A stretch of DNA of 64,000 nucleotides from Cyanobacteria bacterium LVE1205-1 (lineage in GTDB: Bacteria; Cyanobacteriota; Cyanobacteriia; CAIUCS01), in assembly GCA_041879355.1 (NCBI GenBank), contig CP089922.1, positions 462,172 through 526,171 on the forward strand, written 5' to 3'. This document shows, one piece after another, positions 35,817-47,467 of the stretch (position 1 is its first letter; the number at the start of each line of letters is the position of its first letter). A program made the position numbers and the translations under genes. Below the pieces are notes generated by a model, which ran no database searches, was not told where the DNA came from, and saw only the letters and a program-made list of their open reading frames with translations.

Positions 35817-36770
35817 CTATCCCTCCAGCTTCACTGCCAGACGTAGTTTGGCAGACCGTGAACGGGGATTATGCTCCCATTCATGGGCAGATGCTATGAT
35901 GGGTTTCTTGGTCACGGGCTGCAACCAGGAAGAAGTCCGAAACCCTTGTTTAACGATTCGGTCTTCAAGGCTATGGAAACTTATGATACCAATTCGTCCC
36001 CCTGATTTTAGCCAAGCGGGCGCATGGGATACAAACCATTCTAAAACGAATAATTCTTGATTGACTGCAATGCGAAGTGCCTGGAAAACACGGGTTGCGG
36101 GATGAATACGACCATAACGGTAGGCATGGGGAACACAATGGGCGATGGCATCAGCCAGAGCAGTTGTGGTGTATAGGGGACGTAATCTAACAATTTGCCG
36201 AGCAATTCGTCGGGACAGTCGTTCTTCCCCATAGGTAAAAAATAAATCTGCCAAATCCTTTTCCGACCATTGGTTGATAATATCAGCAGCAGTATGGGAA
36301 TGTCGCCGATCCATCCGCATATCTAGCAACCCCTCGTGGCGAAAACTAAATCCACGCTCTGCTTGATCTAATTGGGCAGAACTGACCCCCAAGTCAGCCA
36401 TAATGCCGTCAAAACCATTCTTGCCCTCCGTCCCTGTCCATAGGGAACCATGAATGTCGGGACAATATTCACTGAAATTACCCAACCAATATTGGACTCG
36501 CTCACCATAGGGAGATAAGCGTTGCCTGGCGGCAGCAATTGCTGAACTATCCTGGTCAATTGCCACAACCCGAATATCAGGATAGCGTTCCAACAACAAT
36601 TGGCTGTGCCCACCACCACCCACAGTTGCATCCAGATAGATCCCGTGAGGTTGGGTATTTAAACCCGTCACCAATTCTTGAGTTAACACTGGAATATGAT
36701 GGAAATCAGACACGGAATCATCACCAGTTTGCAAAAAAATCACATATTTTTCCCTAGGCGTTGGCGCCAA
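35817..36770 (-). CDS. rsmH: 16S rRNA (cytosine1402-N4)-methyltransferase RsmH
   Basis: HIPVL near N-terminus, [13 protein letters not shown]-binding motif, [10 protein letters not shown]. Confidence 0.9.
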   Translation of the reverse strand: MAPTPREKYVIFLQTGDDSVSDFHHIPVLTQELVTGLNTQPHGIYLDATVGGGGHSQLLLERYPDIRVVAIDQDSSAIAAARQRLSPYGERVQYWLGNFSEYCPDIHGSLWTGTEGKNGFDGIMADLGVSSAQLDQAERGFSFRHEGLLDMRMDRRHSHTAADIINQWSEKDLADLFFTYGEERLSRRIARQIVRLRPLYTTTALADAIAHCVPHAYRYGRIHPATRVFQALRIAVNQELFVLEWFVSHAPAWLKSGGRIGIISFHSLEDRIVKQGFRTSSWLQPVTKKPIIASAHEWEHNPRSRSAKLRLAVKLEG

Positions 36771-38020
36771 TAATCCACTTGGGTTAATAAATCAGACTGA
36801 CTGACCGTCTCTTGGTTCCCCGTTGCCAACCATTTAATTTGAACTGACTGATGCTCAATTTCCCCATCTCCTAAAATTAAACATGCACTTGTACCACTGC
36901 GATCGGCTCGTTTCAATTGTTTATTAAAGGCACTCCCACTTAAGTCTACTTCCACCCCAAACCCCACATTTCTAAGAGCCTGAGCGAAAATCATCCCTTG
37001 ACGTTCAGCTTGCTGCCCTTTGGATGCTAGGTAAAAATCAATCTTTGTGGGAGGGATAGCTTGCAACTGTAGCAACAACACTAACCGCTCCATCCCCATC
37101 GCCCATCCCACCGCCGGGGTTGAATCTCCACCCAACTGATCAATTAAGCCATCATAGCGCCCACCGCCACAAATGGTAGATTGGGATCCAAGGTGGGACG
37201 ACTGAATTTCGAAGGCAGTATGGGTATAGTAGTCCAGTCCTCTCACCAAGGATGGGTTCACGGTGTAGGAAATACCCAAATCCGTTAGAGACTCTTGAAC
37301 TTGGTGGAAATGATGACGAGATTGAGCCCCAAGATAATCAAGAATGGAAGGAGCATGGCGTATAATCTCCTGGGTTTTGGTATTTTTGCTATCTAAAATC
37401 CGTAATGGGTTTCGCAATAGTCGGTCTTGGGAGTCTTCATCAAGATGGGATTGAAACGGGGTTAAATAATCAATTAAGGCGGTGCGGTATCGATTGCGGT
37501 CATCCCCATCACCAACGGAGTTAAGGGCTAAGGACAAGTCATAAATACCCAATGTGTTTAGTAGACTGACAGCCATGGTGATTACTTCCACATCCGCCCT
37601 GGGGTCAGCACTGCCCAACACCTCTACACCAACTTGATGAAATTGTCGCTGACGACCGGCTTGGGGGCGTTCATAACGAAACATGGCACCAGAGTACCAT
37701 AGCCGTTGTATCCCACCCATAGCAGATAAGTGATGCTCAATATAAGCACGTGCCACCCCTGCAGTGCCTTCAGGTCTGAGGGTAAGGGAGCGATCGCCCC
37801 GATCGATGAAGGTGTACATTTCTTTGCCCACCACATCTGTTGCTTCCCCAATGCCCCGTTCAAACAGGTTGGTTTGTTCAAAAACAGGCGTACGAATTTC
37901 TCGGTAGGCAAATCGCCGAAAAATATCACGGGCATTAGACTCAATTTGTTGCCAATAACCAACTTCCTCAGGTAATATATCCCGAGTTCCTCTAGTTGCT
38001 TGAATTCCAACCATTACCAC
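36740..38020 (-). CDS. hisS: Histidine--tRNA ligase
   Basis: Class II aaRS motifs; [28 protein letters not shown]; C-terminal anticodon-binding domain. Confidence 0.9.
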   Translation of the reverse strand: MVMVGIQATRGTRDILPEEVGYWQQIESNARDIFRRFAYREIRTPVFEQTNLFERGIGEATDVVGKEMYTFIDRGDRSLTLRPEGTAGVARAYIEHHLSAMGGIQRLWYSGAMFRYERPQAGRQRQFHQVGVEVLGSADPRADVEVITMAVSLLNTLGIYDLSLALNSVGDGDDRNRYRTALIDYLTPFQSHLDEDSQDRLLRNPLRILDSKNTKTQEIIRHAPSILDYLGAQSRHHFHQVQESLTDLGISYTVNPSLVRGLDYYTHTAFEIQSSHLGSQSTICGGGRYDGLIDQLGGDSTPAVGWAMGMERLVLLLQLQAIPPTKIDFYLASKGQQAERQGMIFAQALRNVGFGVEVDLSGSAFNKQLKRADRSGTSACLILGDGEIEHQSVQIKWLATGNQETVSQSDLLTQVDYWRQRLGKNM

Positions 38021-38055
38021 TTATACCCCAATCTCAAAAATCCCCACTGCTTTGT

Positions 38056-38358
38056 TTAATCCTCTTCAGACTCCTGGGAATGAACATTTGGTGAAGCACG
38101 GTAGAGGGCATCAAGACGTTCCCGTGCATCTTCGATGGATAAGGAACGAACTACTAACAAGGGTTCATTGATGATTTCCCCCTCTTCTGTCAAACATTCG
38201 GGATGGGGTACAATTACCGGGCGATTTCTGACTGGGCTGGGACTAGAACGATTCTGCCGCTGGGAGTCTACACCTAGAATAAACATATTCCGCAGGAGGT
38301 TGCTAACCGCTAAGAAGGCTAAAATTGAAAACGCAGAAATATAGAGTACCTGTAACAT
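38056..38358 (-). CDS. Small hypothetical membrane protein
   Basis: 100 aa, one N-terminal transmembrane helix, acidic C-terminus. Confidence 0.4.
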   Translation of the reverse strand: MLQVLYISAFSILAFLAVSNLLRNMFILGVDSQRQNRSSPSPVRNRPVIVPHPECLTEEGEIINEPLLVVRSLSIEDARERLDALYRASPNVHSQESEED

Positions 38359-38471
38359 TTGTCATCTCCCACCAGCGGCAAAGGTAAAATATTTATTAAT
38401 ATAACTATTCTAATACAGTTGTCAGGAAATTAAGAGGTACTTTCAGGGACAGTGCTTTGACATTCCCTCGC

Positions 38472-40029
38472 TTAAAAGACTGGGGATTCTAGAGGCTCTA
38501 TTTCTTCATCCGTTTGTATCCTTGGCGGCGGAAAGTCTAGGGATCGTCCATAAATATCAGTGAAATACCGCAGGCGATGGCAAATTTCCTCACATTCTAC
38601 TGCCTCCGTGCGATATCGCCAATCCCAATTACCAGTGGCAGTCCCAGGGGTATTCATGCGTGCATCTGTCCCCAGTCCTAAAATGTCTTGAAATGGGAAT
38701 AAAGCCCAGTTGGCTACAGAACTCATGGCGTGACGGATCAAATCCCAATGAATACCATCGAAATTATTGTAACCTAAATAACTGCGGATATGGCGTTGTA
38801 AATCGTCGGATCGACTGTAAAACCAGCCCACAGTGGTGTCGTTATCATGGGTGCCTGTATAGACAATGGAGTTTTTCCGATACTGAAAGGTCAGATAGGG
38901 ATTTCGGGCATCTGAATCGAAGGCAAACTGCAAAATATTCATGCCGGGGAAATCAAAGCGATCGCGCAGGGCTTCCACCTCCGGGGTAATCACCCCTAAA
39001 TCTTCAGCCATAATGGGCAGGGAGCCTAGTTTTTGGGCTAAGGTTGTAAACAATTCCTCCCGGGAGCCTGCACCCATTCTCCATTTATAGCAGTGGTTTC
39101 CCCCTTTGGAACTGCCCAATAGGATTCAAAGCCACGAAAATGATCCACCCGGATCACATCTACAATCTCTAACATGGATTTAAACCGCTGTACCCACCAC
39201 TTAAATTGATTTTTTTTCAGATGCCTCCAGTTATAAACTGGATTGCCCCACAACTGTCCCGTTTTGCTGAAGTAATCAGGGGGAACACCTGCCATCAGCG
39301 CCACTTCTCCCGTTTTTTCATCCAAGTGAAAGTTTTCTGGATTTGCCCACACATCTGCACTATCGTGGGCTACATAAATGGGGATATCCCCAATAATGGT
39401 AATGCTTCGGTCATTGGCATAGGTTTTTAAGGCATTCCATTGACAATGGAATTGATATTGCAAAAATTGGTGATAAAAAATCTCATCAGTAAATTGTTTG
39501 CGGTATAAGGCTAAGGTTTCGGGTTTACGCTGCCGTAGATTTGGATCCCATTGATACCAGCTTTGATTAGGGTGAGCATACTTACACGCCATAAATAGGG
39601 CATAATCATCCAGCCAACTGGATTGATGGATGCAAAATTGTTCAAACTGTTTTTGAATTGCTGGGGTTGCCTGTTGCCGGAATCGGGCACATGCTAACCG
39701 AAATAACCCATCCTTAAAGGCAATCACCCCATCAAAATCAATATGATCCAGCGGAAAGTCAGGACTATTTGCCAGTTCAGATTTATCCAGCCATCCCTGC
39801 TCTTCCAATAATTCAGGACTAATGAGTAGGTGGTTACCGGCAAAGACGGAATAGGAAAGGTAGGGGAATTACCATATCCCGTAGGTCCTATGGGCAGGAT
39901 TTGCCAATAATGTTGATGACTGGACATCAAAAAATCAATGAACCGATAGGCAGATGAACCAAAATCTCCAATTCCATATGGACTGGGGAATGAACTGGGA
40001 TGGAGTAAAATTCCACTACCTCTGGGCAT
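38472..40029 (-). CDS. malQ: 4-alpha-glucanotransferase (disproportionating enzyme, GH77); split into three ORFs by apparent frameshifts
   Basis: ORFs 39724..40029 (GILLHPSS...GIGDFG), 39038..39808 (IIGDIPIYVAHDSADVW, VDHFRGF), 38472..39119 (EDLGVITPEV) are colinear. Confidence 0.85.
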
Positions 40030-40789
40030 AGTTTCACCTCGCTACAATTAAGAAAACAAAAAATGTGCTAATGAAAGTGACAACTCCCACCGTCAACCGC
40101 TAAGAGCGGTGTGAAGGGAGCTGCTCAAATTCACAAATGAGAGTTATTGTCTCACAGGCTGTGCATCCATTAAGCCTCCACCAGTAGCAAACGGTTGTCC
40201 TACCGTCCGTTCAAGTAGGTTCAAACTTGCGTTTAATCCCTGTCTAAACTGACTCCACCATTAGGGCAATCATGAACTCGAATCGACTGTTGCTTGTCTG
40301 ATGGGAAACCCGTCAAGAATTGGACGGTGGAGGACAACTGGAATCTCACCAATTTTTGACAGCTTTATATGCCATCTACTAAGTACACTCCAGCCTTTGG
40401 GCATTGACTTGAGGCAAGGTGAAAGAACAAATATCCCCCTGTTTCTTCAATCTAGGCTTACCTCCTCTCTTACCAGTTTTATCAGGAATTAACCACCCCT
40501 TCCAGGATTTATCCAACCCCATTATATTCTGTTGTTGGCAGTCAGCCTAAATCTCCTTGTACTCAGGAAATAATCCTAGCGTTTCTTTAAGGTCAGCCGC
40601 TTGTGAATAGTAATCTACGTTGCTTGGAATATCGCCAATTGGCTCACTTCCCAGACTGCAACGGTCGAACTGAGACCTGGTATAACGCAACAATTTTCCC
40701 CAGTGGTTCAAGGTCGCCCCCTGCAGGAGTGTTGGTTACAATCGGTACTGATATGTTAGTAGTATTATACTATTATCTTATTTAGTGCC

Positions 40790-40891
40790 ATGAGCTATAA
40801 CAAAGGCTATAGATGCCTATACTCCCTTACTATTGATTTAGTATTTGTCACAAAGTACCGCAAAAAGATAATTGACAAGGGGATCCTGTAA
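40790..40891 (+). pseudogene. IS200/IS605-family TnpA N-terminal remnant (33 codons)
   Basis: MSYNKGYRCLYSLTIDLVFVTKYRKKIIDKGIL resembles the TnpA N-terminus (HLVFVTKYRRKVL pattern); truncated, followed by repeat family B element. Confidence 0.4.
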
Positions 40892-40929
40892 AGATTGCAC
40901 GAAATCGTTGCTAATACCTGTGAACCTGG

Positions 40930-41077
40930 TTGACTGACAAAAGTTGTACGCCCTCACCCCCAACCCCTCTCCCAGGGGGCGAGGGGAGCCGATCCACCCC
41001 TCCCGGTTCCCTCTCCCATCGGGAGAGGGCTAGGGTGAGGGCTTTCGGGGTTTTGGCTGAGAAGTTTTGTCAGTCAA
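40930..41077. mobile_element. MITE-like element (repeat family B, full copy) with terminal inverted repeats
   Basis: TTGACTGACAAAAG at left, TTTTGTCAGTCAA at right; internal palindromes CCCTCTCCCAGGGGGCGAGGG and CCCTCTCCCATCGGGAGAGGG; left half repeated at 19546..19606. Confidence 0.7.
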
Positions 41078-41140
41078 TCAGGCTTCTCACCAATCCCCAC
41101 TCGCCAGGGTACTAATTCAAACCTAGTCAACAAATCCAAT

Positions 41141-41172
41141 CAACAAAAAAGGTGTGGACAATGTCCACACCT
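41141..41172 (-). terminator. Rho-independent terminator downstream of psbA
   Basis: Perfect hairpin GGTGTGGACA/TGTCCACACC followed on the minus strand by a T6 run, about 30 nt after the psbA stop. Confidence 0.7.
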
Positions 41173-41198
41173 TTTGTCATTCATCCCATCAACTCAAA

Positions 41199-42281
41199 TT
41201 AACCATGGATAGCAGGGGCAACCATTGCCACAGGCGCTACCTCACCCGCTGCCAAATCCAAGGGGAAATTGTGCGCATTCCGCTCATGCATCACTTCCAT
41301 CCCTAAATTCGCACGGTTGATAATATCCGCCCATGTATTAATCACACGACCCTGTGCATCAATCACTGATTGGTTAAAATTAAACCCATTCAAATTGAAT
41401 GCCATGGTACTCACTCCCAATGCAGTAAACCAAATCCCAATCACTGGCCACGCACCTAAGAAAAAGTGCAATGAACGTGAATTGTTGAAACTCGCATACT
41501 GGAAAATTAATCGTCCAAAATAACCATGGGCAGCAACTATGTTGTAAGTCTCTTCCTCTTGCCCAAACTTATATCCATAGTTCTGTGACTCACTCTCCGT
41601 CGTCTCACGCACTAACGATGATGTCACCAATGAACCATGCATCGCTGAAAATAAACTACCTCCAAATACACCCGCTACCCCTAACATGTGGAAAGGATGC
41701 ATCAATATGTTGTGCTCCGCCTGAAACACAATCATAAAATTAAATGTACCTGATATACCTAATGGCATCCCATCCGAAAACGAACCCTGTCCAATGGGAT
41801 AAATTAAAAATACAGCAGTCGCCGCTGATACTGGCGCACTGTACGCAACACATATCCATGGACGCATCCCTAACCGATAACTCAATTCCCATTGACGCCC
41901 TAAATAACAAAATACGCCAATTAAAAAATGAAAAATTACTAACTGGTACGGTCCACCATTGTATAACCACTCATCCAATGACGCAGCTTCCCAAATCGGA
42001 TAAAAATGCAACCCAATCGCATTACTAGATGGAACTACCGCACCAGATATAATATTGTTCCCATACAGTAAAGAACCCGCTACCGGTTCCCGTATACCAT
42101 CAATATCAACTGGCGGCGCAGCAATAAATGCAATAATGTAACAAACAGTCGCTGATAGCAAGGTAGGAATCATCAGTACCCCAAACCAACCTACATATAA
42201 TCGGTTGTTAGTACTGGTAATCCAGCTACAGAATTGCTCCCATGCGCTAGCGCTCTGGCGCTGTTGCAATGTCGTTGTCAT
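41199..42281 (-). CDS. psbA: Photosystem II D1 protein
   Basis: 360 aa; essentially full-length D1 including C-terminal processing extension. Confidence 0.97.
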   Translation of the reverse strand: MTTTLQQRQSASAWEQFCSWITSTNNRLYVGWFGVLMIPTLLSATVCYIIAFIAAPPVDIDGIREPVAGSLLYGNNIISGAVVPSSNAIGLHFYPIWEAASLDEWLYNGGPYQLVIFHFLIGVFCYLGRQWELSYRLGMRPWICVAYSAPVSAATAVFLIYPIGQGSFSDGMPLGISGTFNFMIVFQAEHNILMHPFHMLGVAGVFGGSLFSAMHGSLVTSSLVRETTESESQNYGYKFGQEEETYNIVAAHGYFGRLIFQYASFNNSRSLHFFLGAWPVIGIWFTALGVSTMAFNLNGFNFNQSVIDAQGRVINTWADIINRANLGMEVMHERNAHNFPLDLAAGEVAPVAMVAPAIHG

Positions 42282-42413
42282 GGTTTTATAAGTCCTAGTG
42301 GAAAATAAATATAATGTATTGGGCTACCATTCGGTCAACCACACCTCAATAATACCCACTATGTTAACTTTTGTAAAGAGGTTTGTTGCTTCCCGCTCAT
42401 TTTTTAGTAAGGG

Positions 42414-44270
42414 TTGGGAGATGAGATTAATTTTCTTTTTCCTTCAAGCCTAGTTCAACCTACATTCCCCCTATCCATGAATCCTACCGATAATTTAATT
42501 ATTGATGTCCAGGACTTATATGTGGAATTTCCACTGATAAATCATTCCATTCGAGCATTGAATGGCATATCATTTCAGGTGCAACGAGGGCAAACCTTGG
42601 GTTTGGTTGGTGAATCTGGTTCAGGTAAATCCGTGACATCGCTGGCAATTATGGGGTTGTTGCCTGTACCCGGTCGGATCACCAGTGGACATATTCGGTT
42701 TTATGGTGATGGACAAGGTAGGGGTGCAGTAGACTTTGCCAGTCTGACATCGAAGCAAATGCAACCATTCAGGGGTCGCCAAATCGCCATGATTTTTCAG
42801 GATCCCATGAGTTCATTAAACCCTGTATTTACCTGTGGATTTCAAATTAAAGAAGCAATTCGTGCCCATCAGAGGGTGACAGAAGCCATGGCTCAACAGC
42901 AAGCCATTGGTCTCCTTAAACGGGTGCGTCTATTGCCAGACCAACACCACCCCCAAGAAGAACGGGCGATGCTAAACCGTTATCCCCATCAATTATCCGG
43001 TGGACAGATCCAACGGATGATGATTGCCATGGCTCTTTCTTGCAATCCTGTTCTATTAATTGCTGATGAACCCACAACTGCACTGGATGTTACCGTCCAG
43101 GCAGAAATATTAGAACTACTCCGCCAGCTGTGTACTGACTTACAGATGGCTATGATTTTTGTTAGTCATGATCTGGATGTGGTAGCTGGGATTGCCGACC
43201 GGGTCGCCGTAATGTATCAGGGGAAAATTGTAGAACAGGGAACCATTCCAGAACTATTTGTCCATCCCCATCATCCTTACACGAAGGGATTACTCACCTG
43301 CCGCCCACCCATTGATCACCATCCAGAACGCCTGTTGACAGTGGCTGATTACATGGAGGTGGTGGAGATGCCTGAAGGGGAATTGATGATCACTGCCAAA
43401 CAACCGGCTGTACCCAAAGAGGTGGATTTAGAAACCATAACTGCCCGTTTACAATGGTTAACGCACCAGTCTCCCCTCTTATCCGTGTATGGCTTAAGTG
43501 CATCTTTCCCCAGTAGTGTGGGGCTGGGGCGCAGCCAGCGACCGGTGAAGGTGGTGGATGATGTGACCTTCGCCGTTTATCCTGGAGAAACTTTGGGGTT
43601 GGTGGGGGAATCAGGTTGCGGAAAGACGACCTTAGCTCGGGTAATATTACGGTTGGTGGAAGCATCTGCTGGGCAGATATTTTTTGATGGACTTGATGTG
43701 CGCCGGTTGAAGGGAAATGGGCTGCACCAGTTTCGCCGTGAAGCCCAACTCATTTTCCAAAATCCATTTAGCTCCTTAGACCCCCGGATGTCTGTGGGAG
43801 AGGCAGTGATGGAACCTTGGGTTATTCATCAGCCAAGGAAGGGGAAGCAGGATCGTCGCGATGGCGCAGTTTATTTACTGGAAAAGGTTGGACTAGGACC
43901 CAGTGCCCTCAATCGTTACCCCCATCAATTTTCCGGTGGACAGCGGCAGCGTATTTGTATTGCTCGTGCCCTAGCCCTGAATCCAAGGTTGATCATTTGT
44001 GATGAGTCGGTGTCTGCTTTGGATGTATCAGTTCAGGCACAAGTCTTAAATTTATTAAAAAGTCTCCAGGTGGAATTTCAACTGACAACCATTTTTATTT
44101 CCCATGACTTAAGTGTAGTAAAGTTCATGAGCGATCGCATTATGGTTATGAACCGGGGCAGAATTGAAGAGATTGGACCTGCCGAACACATTTATGGTAA
44201 CCCTCAACGGGACTATACCCAAAAGTTGATTGCCGCCATCCCACCATCAACCTATGGGAAAACAGCTTGA
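42414..44270 (+). CDS. ABC transporter ATP-binding protein with duplicated ATPase domains (peptide/nickel DppD-DppF fusion type)
   Basis: Two Walker A ([16 protein letters not shown]), two signature LSGGQ and Walker B motifs; start may be Met at 42477. Confidence 0.85.
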   Translation: MGDEINFLFPSSLVQPTFPLSMNPTDNLIIDVQDLYVEFPLINHSIRALNGISFQVQRGQTLGLVGESGSGKSVTSLAIMGLLPVPGRITSGHIRFYGDGQGRGAVDFASLTSKQMQPFRGRQIAMIFQDPMSSLNPVFTCGFQIKEAIRAHQRVTEAMAQQQAIGLLKRVRLLPDQHHPQEERAMLNRYPHQLSGGQIQRMMIAMALSCNPVLLIADEPTTALDVTVQAEILELLRQLCTDLQMAMIFVSHDLDVVAGIADRVAVMYQGKIVEQGTIPELFVHPHHPYTKGLLTCRPPIDHHPERLLTVADYMEVVEMPEGELMITAKQPAVPKEVDLETITARLQWLTHQSPLLSVYGLSASFPSSVGLGRSQRPVKVVDDVTFAVYPGETLGLVGESGCGKTTLARVILRLVEASAGQIFFDGLDVRRLKGNGLHQFRREAQLIFQNPFSSLDPRMSVGEAVMEPWVIHQPRKGKQDRRDGAVYLLEKVGLGPSALNRYPHQFSGGQRQRICIARALALNPRLIICDESVSALDVSVQAQVLNLLKSLQVEFQLTTIFISHDLSVVKFMSDRIMVMNRGRIEEIGPAEHIYGNPQRDYTQKLIAAIPPSTYGKTA

Positions 44271-44327
44271 CAGAATTACTCCACAAATTTTCTATCCCTA
44301 GCGGTGAAAACTGTTGTAATACTCAGT

Positions 44328-45172
44328 TTAATCCTCCTTTAGGTAGCGTGGACGTTCTTTTTGAGTTTTTTGTAACTCCTGTGCCAGCTTGTCCCAGTGA
44401 GATTGCTCAATTTGGTCAATGAATCGATCTAATGTTTGTCGATACTGATGGAGCGATCGCAGTAAACAGGATTGATTATACTGAGCCATCATGGTTCCTA
44501 ATTCTGGATTTCCTCCCCCCACCCGACTGGTGTCGCGGAAGCCACTGCTGGATAACTGTTGGGATATTTGTTTGACAGTGGTATTATCCTCTTCCAGGCA
44601 GGCGGCAATTAGGCTGGCACTAACAATAACCGGGAGATGGGAAATCCACGCTACACTGCGGTCATGGTTACTAGGACTGCAATGGTATAAACGGGCATTT
44701 AATGAATGGACTAGTTTCTCTACCCTGGCTAATGCTTGGGGAGACGTGTTATCTACGGGAGTGAGGACATAGGGGCGATTGGCAAATAAACCGGGAGTTG
44801 CGGCACTGATGCCGTCTGTGGTTTTACCAGCCATGGGATGCCCTCCAATAAACTGTTTCCACAAAGGGCTAATTGCTTCAACAATAGGTTCTTTAACGGA
44901 ACCAACATCAGTTAAAATAGTATCAGGTTGTAAGTATGGAATTAACTGTTGTACGGTTGGTACAATTGCAGCGATGGGGTGCAGAGAAAAATCACCTCCG
45001 TATCTTTCAACAACGATAGGTGGATGCTGGCGTGATCAACTATTCCCATTGCGATTGCTTGATCGCCAGTTTCGGGTTGACGGCTGACTCCCTTAACGGT
45101 ATGCCCTAGGGTTCGTAGGTCAAATCCCAGTGAGCCACCAATCAAACCTAAGCCAACAATTCCAATCTCCAT
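44328..45172 (-). CDS. tyrA: Arogenate/prephenate dehydrogenase TyrA; frameshift between 44864 and 44942
   Basis: N-terminal Rossmann IGIVGLGLIGGSLG in ORF 44942..45172; C-terminal MAGKTTDGI...HDRSVAWISHLP in ORF 44328..44864. Confidence 0.8.
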
Positions 45173-45272
45173 CCTTGGGTCTCCATTCCAATACTTGTTT
45201 ATCTTTCAAAATTGTGAAAACTCATCCGCTTTGGTTGCATACTGAGTGCCCAATCATAACGCAGTAGAAACC

Positions 45273-46973
45273 ATGGAGCTTTCCTCTGAACCCATTCAGA
45301 ATTCTAGTCTACCCCAAGAGCATCACCCCCCCGACCACGGGATGATGGGGGCGGGGATGACGATACTCACTGGAACGCCCCCATAGGTGAAATCTTAGCT
45401 TGGATCAGTCACGAGTTTAAACCCCCTCACTGCTATCCTCGGATTATCGAGCTTATTAAAAGAACAAGATTTAGGGGAACTAAGCGATCGCCAGCTTCAT
45501 TATATTAATTTAATTCATCAGAGTGGAAGTCATTTAATTCTGTTGTTAAATGAAATACTCTTATTCACTCAACTTCAATCTGGTTCGGTGGAACTCTATC
45601 CCACGAAAGTAGACGTTGAACGAACTTGTCAATATACGTTTGACAGTGCCAGGGAGTTATTCCAAGCCAACCCCTCAACAAATCATTCAAACGTAGAAAT
45701 ATACTTTGATTCCCATTCAGTACAGGACAGTATTGATATTGATCCAGGTTTGGCATGGGTGATCACTGATGAATTACGTTTGCGCCAAATGTTGGTTTAT
45801 CTATTAACCACTGCTCTTAAATTAAGTGATTCCAGCATTGATATAAAACTCCAGGTCCACCAATGGGATCAGCATTGGATTGGATTCACTGTTTGTTATC
45901 GGGGAGTTTGTTTTCCCAGAGAAAAAAATGGGTTACCCCATCATTTTCCAGAATTTTCCCCTTCCTCCCCAAATCCATTTGAAGGGAGTTATTTAGGATT
46001 AGTATTGATGCAACGTTTAACCCATCTCCAAGGGGGAATGGTTACTGTTCGTTCAATTGGGGAACAAAGGAGTGAATGTACCCTATTGCTACCATGTAAA
46101 TACGAAACCCTGGGAGTTGGCATCCCCCATCTGGGTGGCGAAACGGTTACTTCATTAGTGGTGGTAGAGCCCACCAGTTATGAATTAATTTTACTGGCAC
46201 AAGACGATCCATGGATAATTGAGAGTTTGTCGGCACAATTACTTGAATTGGGATATCGGGTGGTAAATGGTTATACCTGCTCGGATGTGTTGCGCAAGGC
46301 TCGATTACTACAACCCAGAGCGATTTTACTCAGTGCATCGTTATGGGCTAACTCTCAGTTTTCCTTGTTTGATTTACTCCATGACTGTCCAGAAACTTGC
46401 CATATTCCCCTGGTGATGACTGTCCAGGAAACAGAACCATCAGCCTTCCCTAGGGAGGGGGAGAGGGAAATGATTCAATTACCCATATCGTTATCCAAAC
46501 TTGACGCAACAGTCCGAAAAAATTCTTCCATCGTTGTTGTATCGGAACAAATCTTACCCCCCAACCTGACCATATTACAGTTATTAGACAATCATCATCA
46601 GGGTGAACCCCAGTATGGTTTAGGATGGATTGGGAATTTATTTCATCAAAAGCACTATCGCTTAATCGAAGCGGAGGAATTGGAACAGGCTAATTTATTA
46701 GCACGAATTTGGAAGCCAGATTTGTTATTACTAACCACTTGGGATAAGCGGGAAGGTTTTTGGCAATTCTTTGAGTTTCTCCAGGATTATGATGGGCTCT
46801 CTCCATTACCATTGGTAATTCTTAATCATTGTTCCCATAGGATAAATCCCGTCCAGGGGCTATCCCTATTGATTTGCCCCATTAGTCATCTAGACAGGAC
46901 AGAAGACTATTGGATCCATCCTGATGCCTTGAATTTATGCAAAACTTTGCGACGGGCTGTTACTTCCCATTAA
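45273..46973 (+). CDS. Histidine-kinase-like protein with degenerate ATP-binding motifs and two pseudo-receiver domains; two frameshifts at C7 (about 45322) and C5 (about 45420) runs
   Basis: After frame correction the H-box reads ISHEFKPPLTAILG; N-box Asn replaced (YLLTTALK), G1 reads YRGVCF, G2 reads GSYLGLVL; two receiver-like segments lack the phospho-acceptor Asp. Confidence 0.55.
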
Positions 46974-46996
46974 ATTCTTCATTTCGGTCAATCATA

Positions 46997-47467
46997 ATGA
47001 AACCCACAGCCAATATTTTTACCAAGGGAAGTACCACCCAAATTTCGGTTGCAGTGGCAATTCTTGTTCAGAAAGGACAGTATCTTTTACAATTACGAGA
47101 CGAGATTCCCACCATTGTTTATCCGGGGGTTTGGGGATTATTTGGTGGGCATTTGGAAAATGGGGAAACACCAGAAGCCGGAATTGAACGGGAATTATGG
47201 GAGGAAATTGGATATTGTCCATCTGACTTAACGTTATTTGGTTGTTATGGAGATATTAGGGTTCTCCGGTACGTATTTTATGGATGTCTTGATGTACCCT
47301 TGATGGCGTTATCCCTACAGGAAGGCTGGGATATGCAGTTGTGGGGTGTTGATGAGATTTTTAAAGGGGAACGTTTATCGGACTGTTCTGGTGATTGCCG
47401 TCCCATTGCCCAACCCCATCGAACTATATTAAACGATTTCTTAAGGATTTATCCCCAGAATTGCTGA
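46997..47467 (+). CDS. NUDIX hydrolase
   Basis: Nudix box GGHLENGETPEAGIERELWEEIG; start placed at Met 46997. Confidence 0.8.
   Translation: MKPTANIFTKGSTTQISVAVAILVQKGQYLLQLRDEIPTIVYPGVWGLFGGHLENGETPEAGIERELWEEIGYCPSDLTLFGCYGDIRVLRYVFYGCLDVPLMALSLQEGWDMQLWGVDEIFKGERLSDCSGDCRPIAQPHRTILNDFLRIYPQNC

Noticed and set aside
40930-41115. 61-aa plus-strand ORF (PSPPTPLPGGEGS...)
   Set aside because: Is a translation of the MITE-like repeat; the same repeat occurs non-coding at 19546..19606
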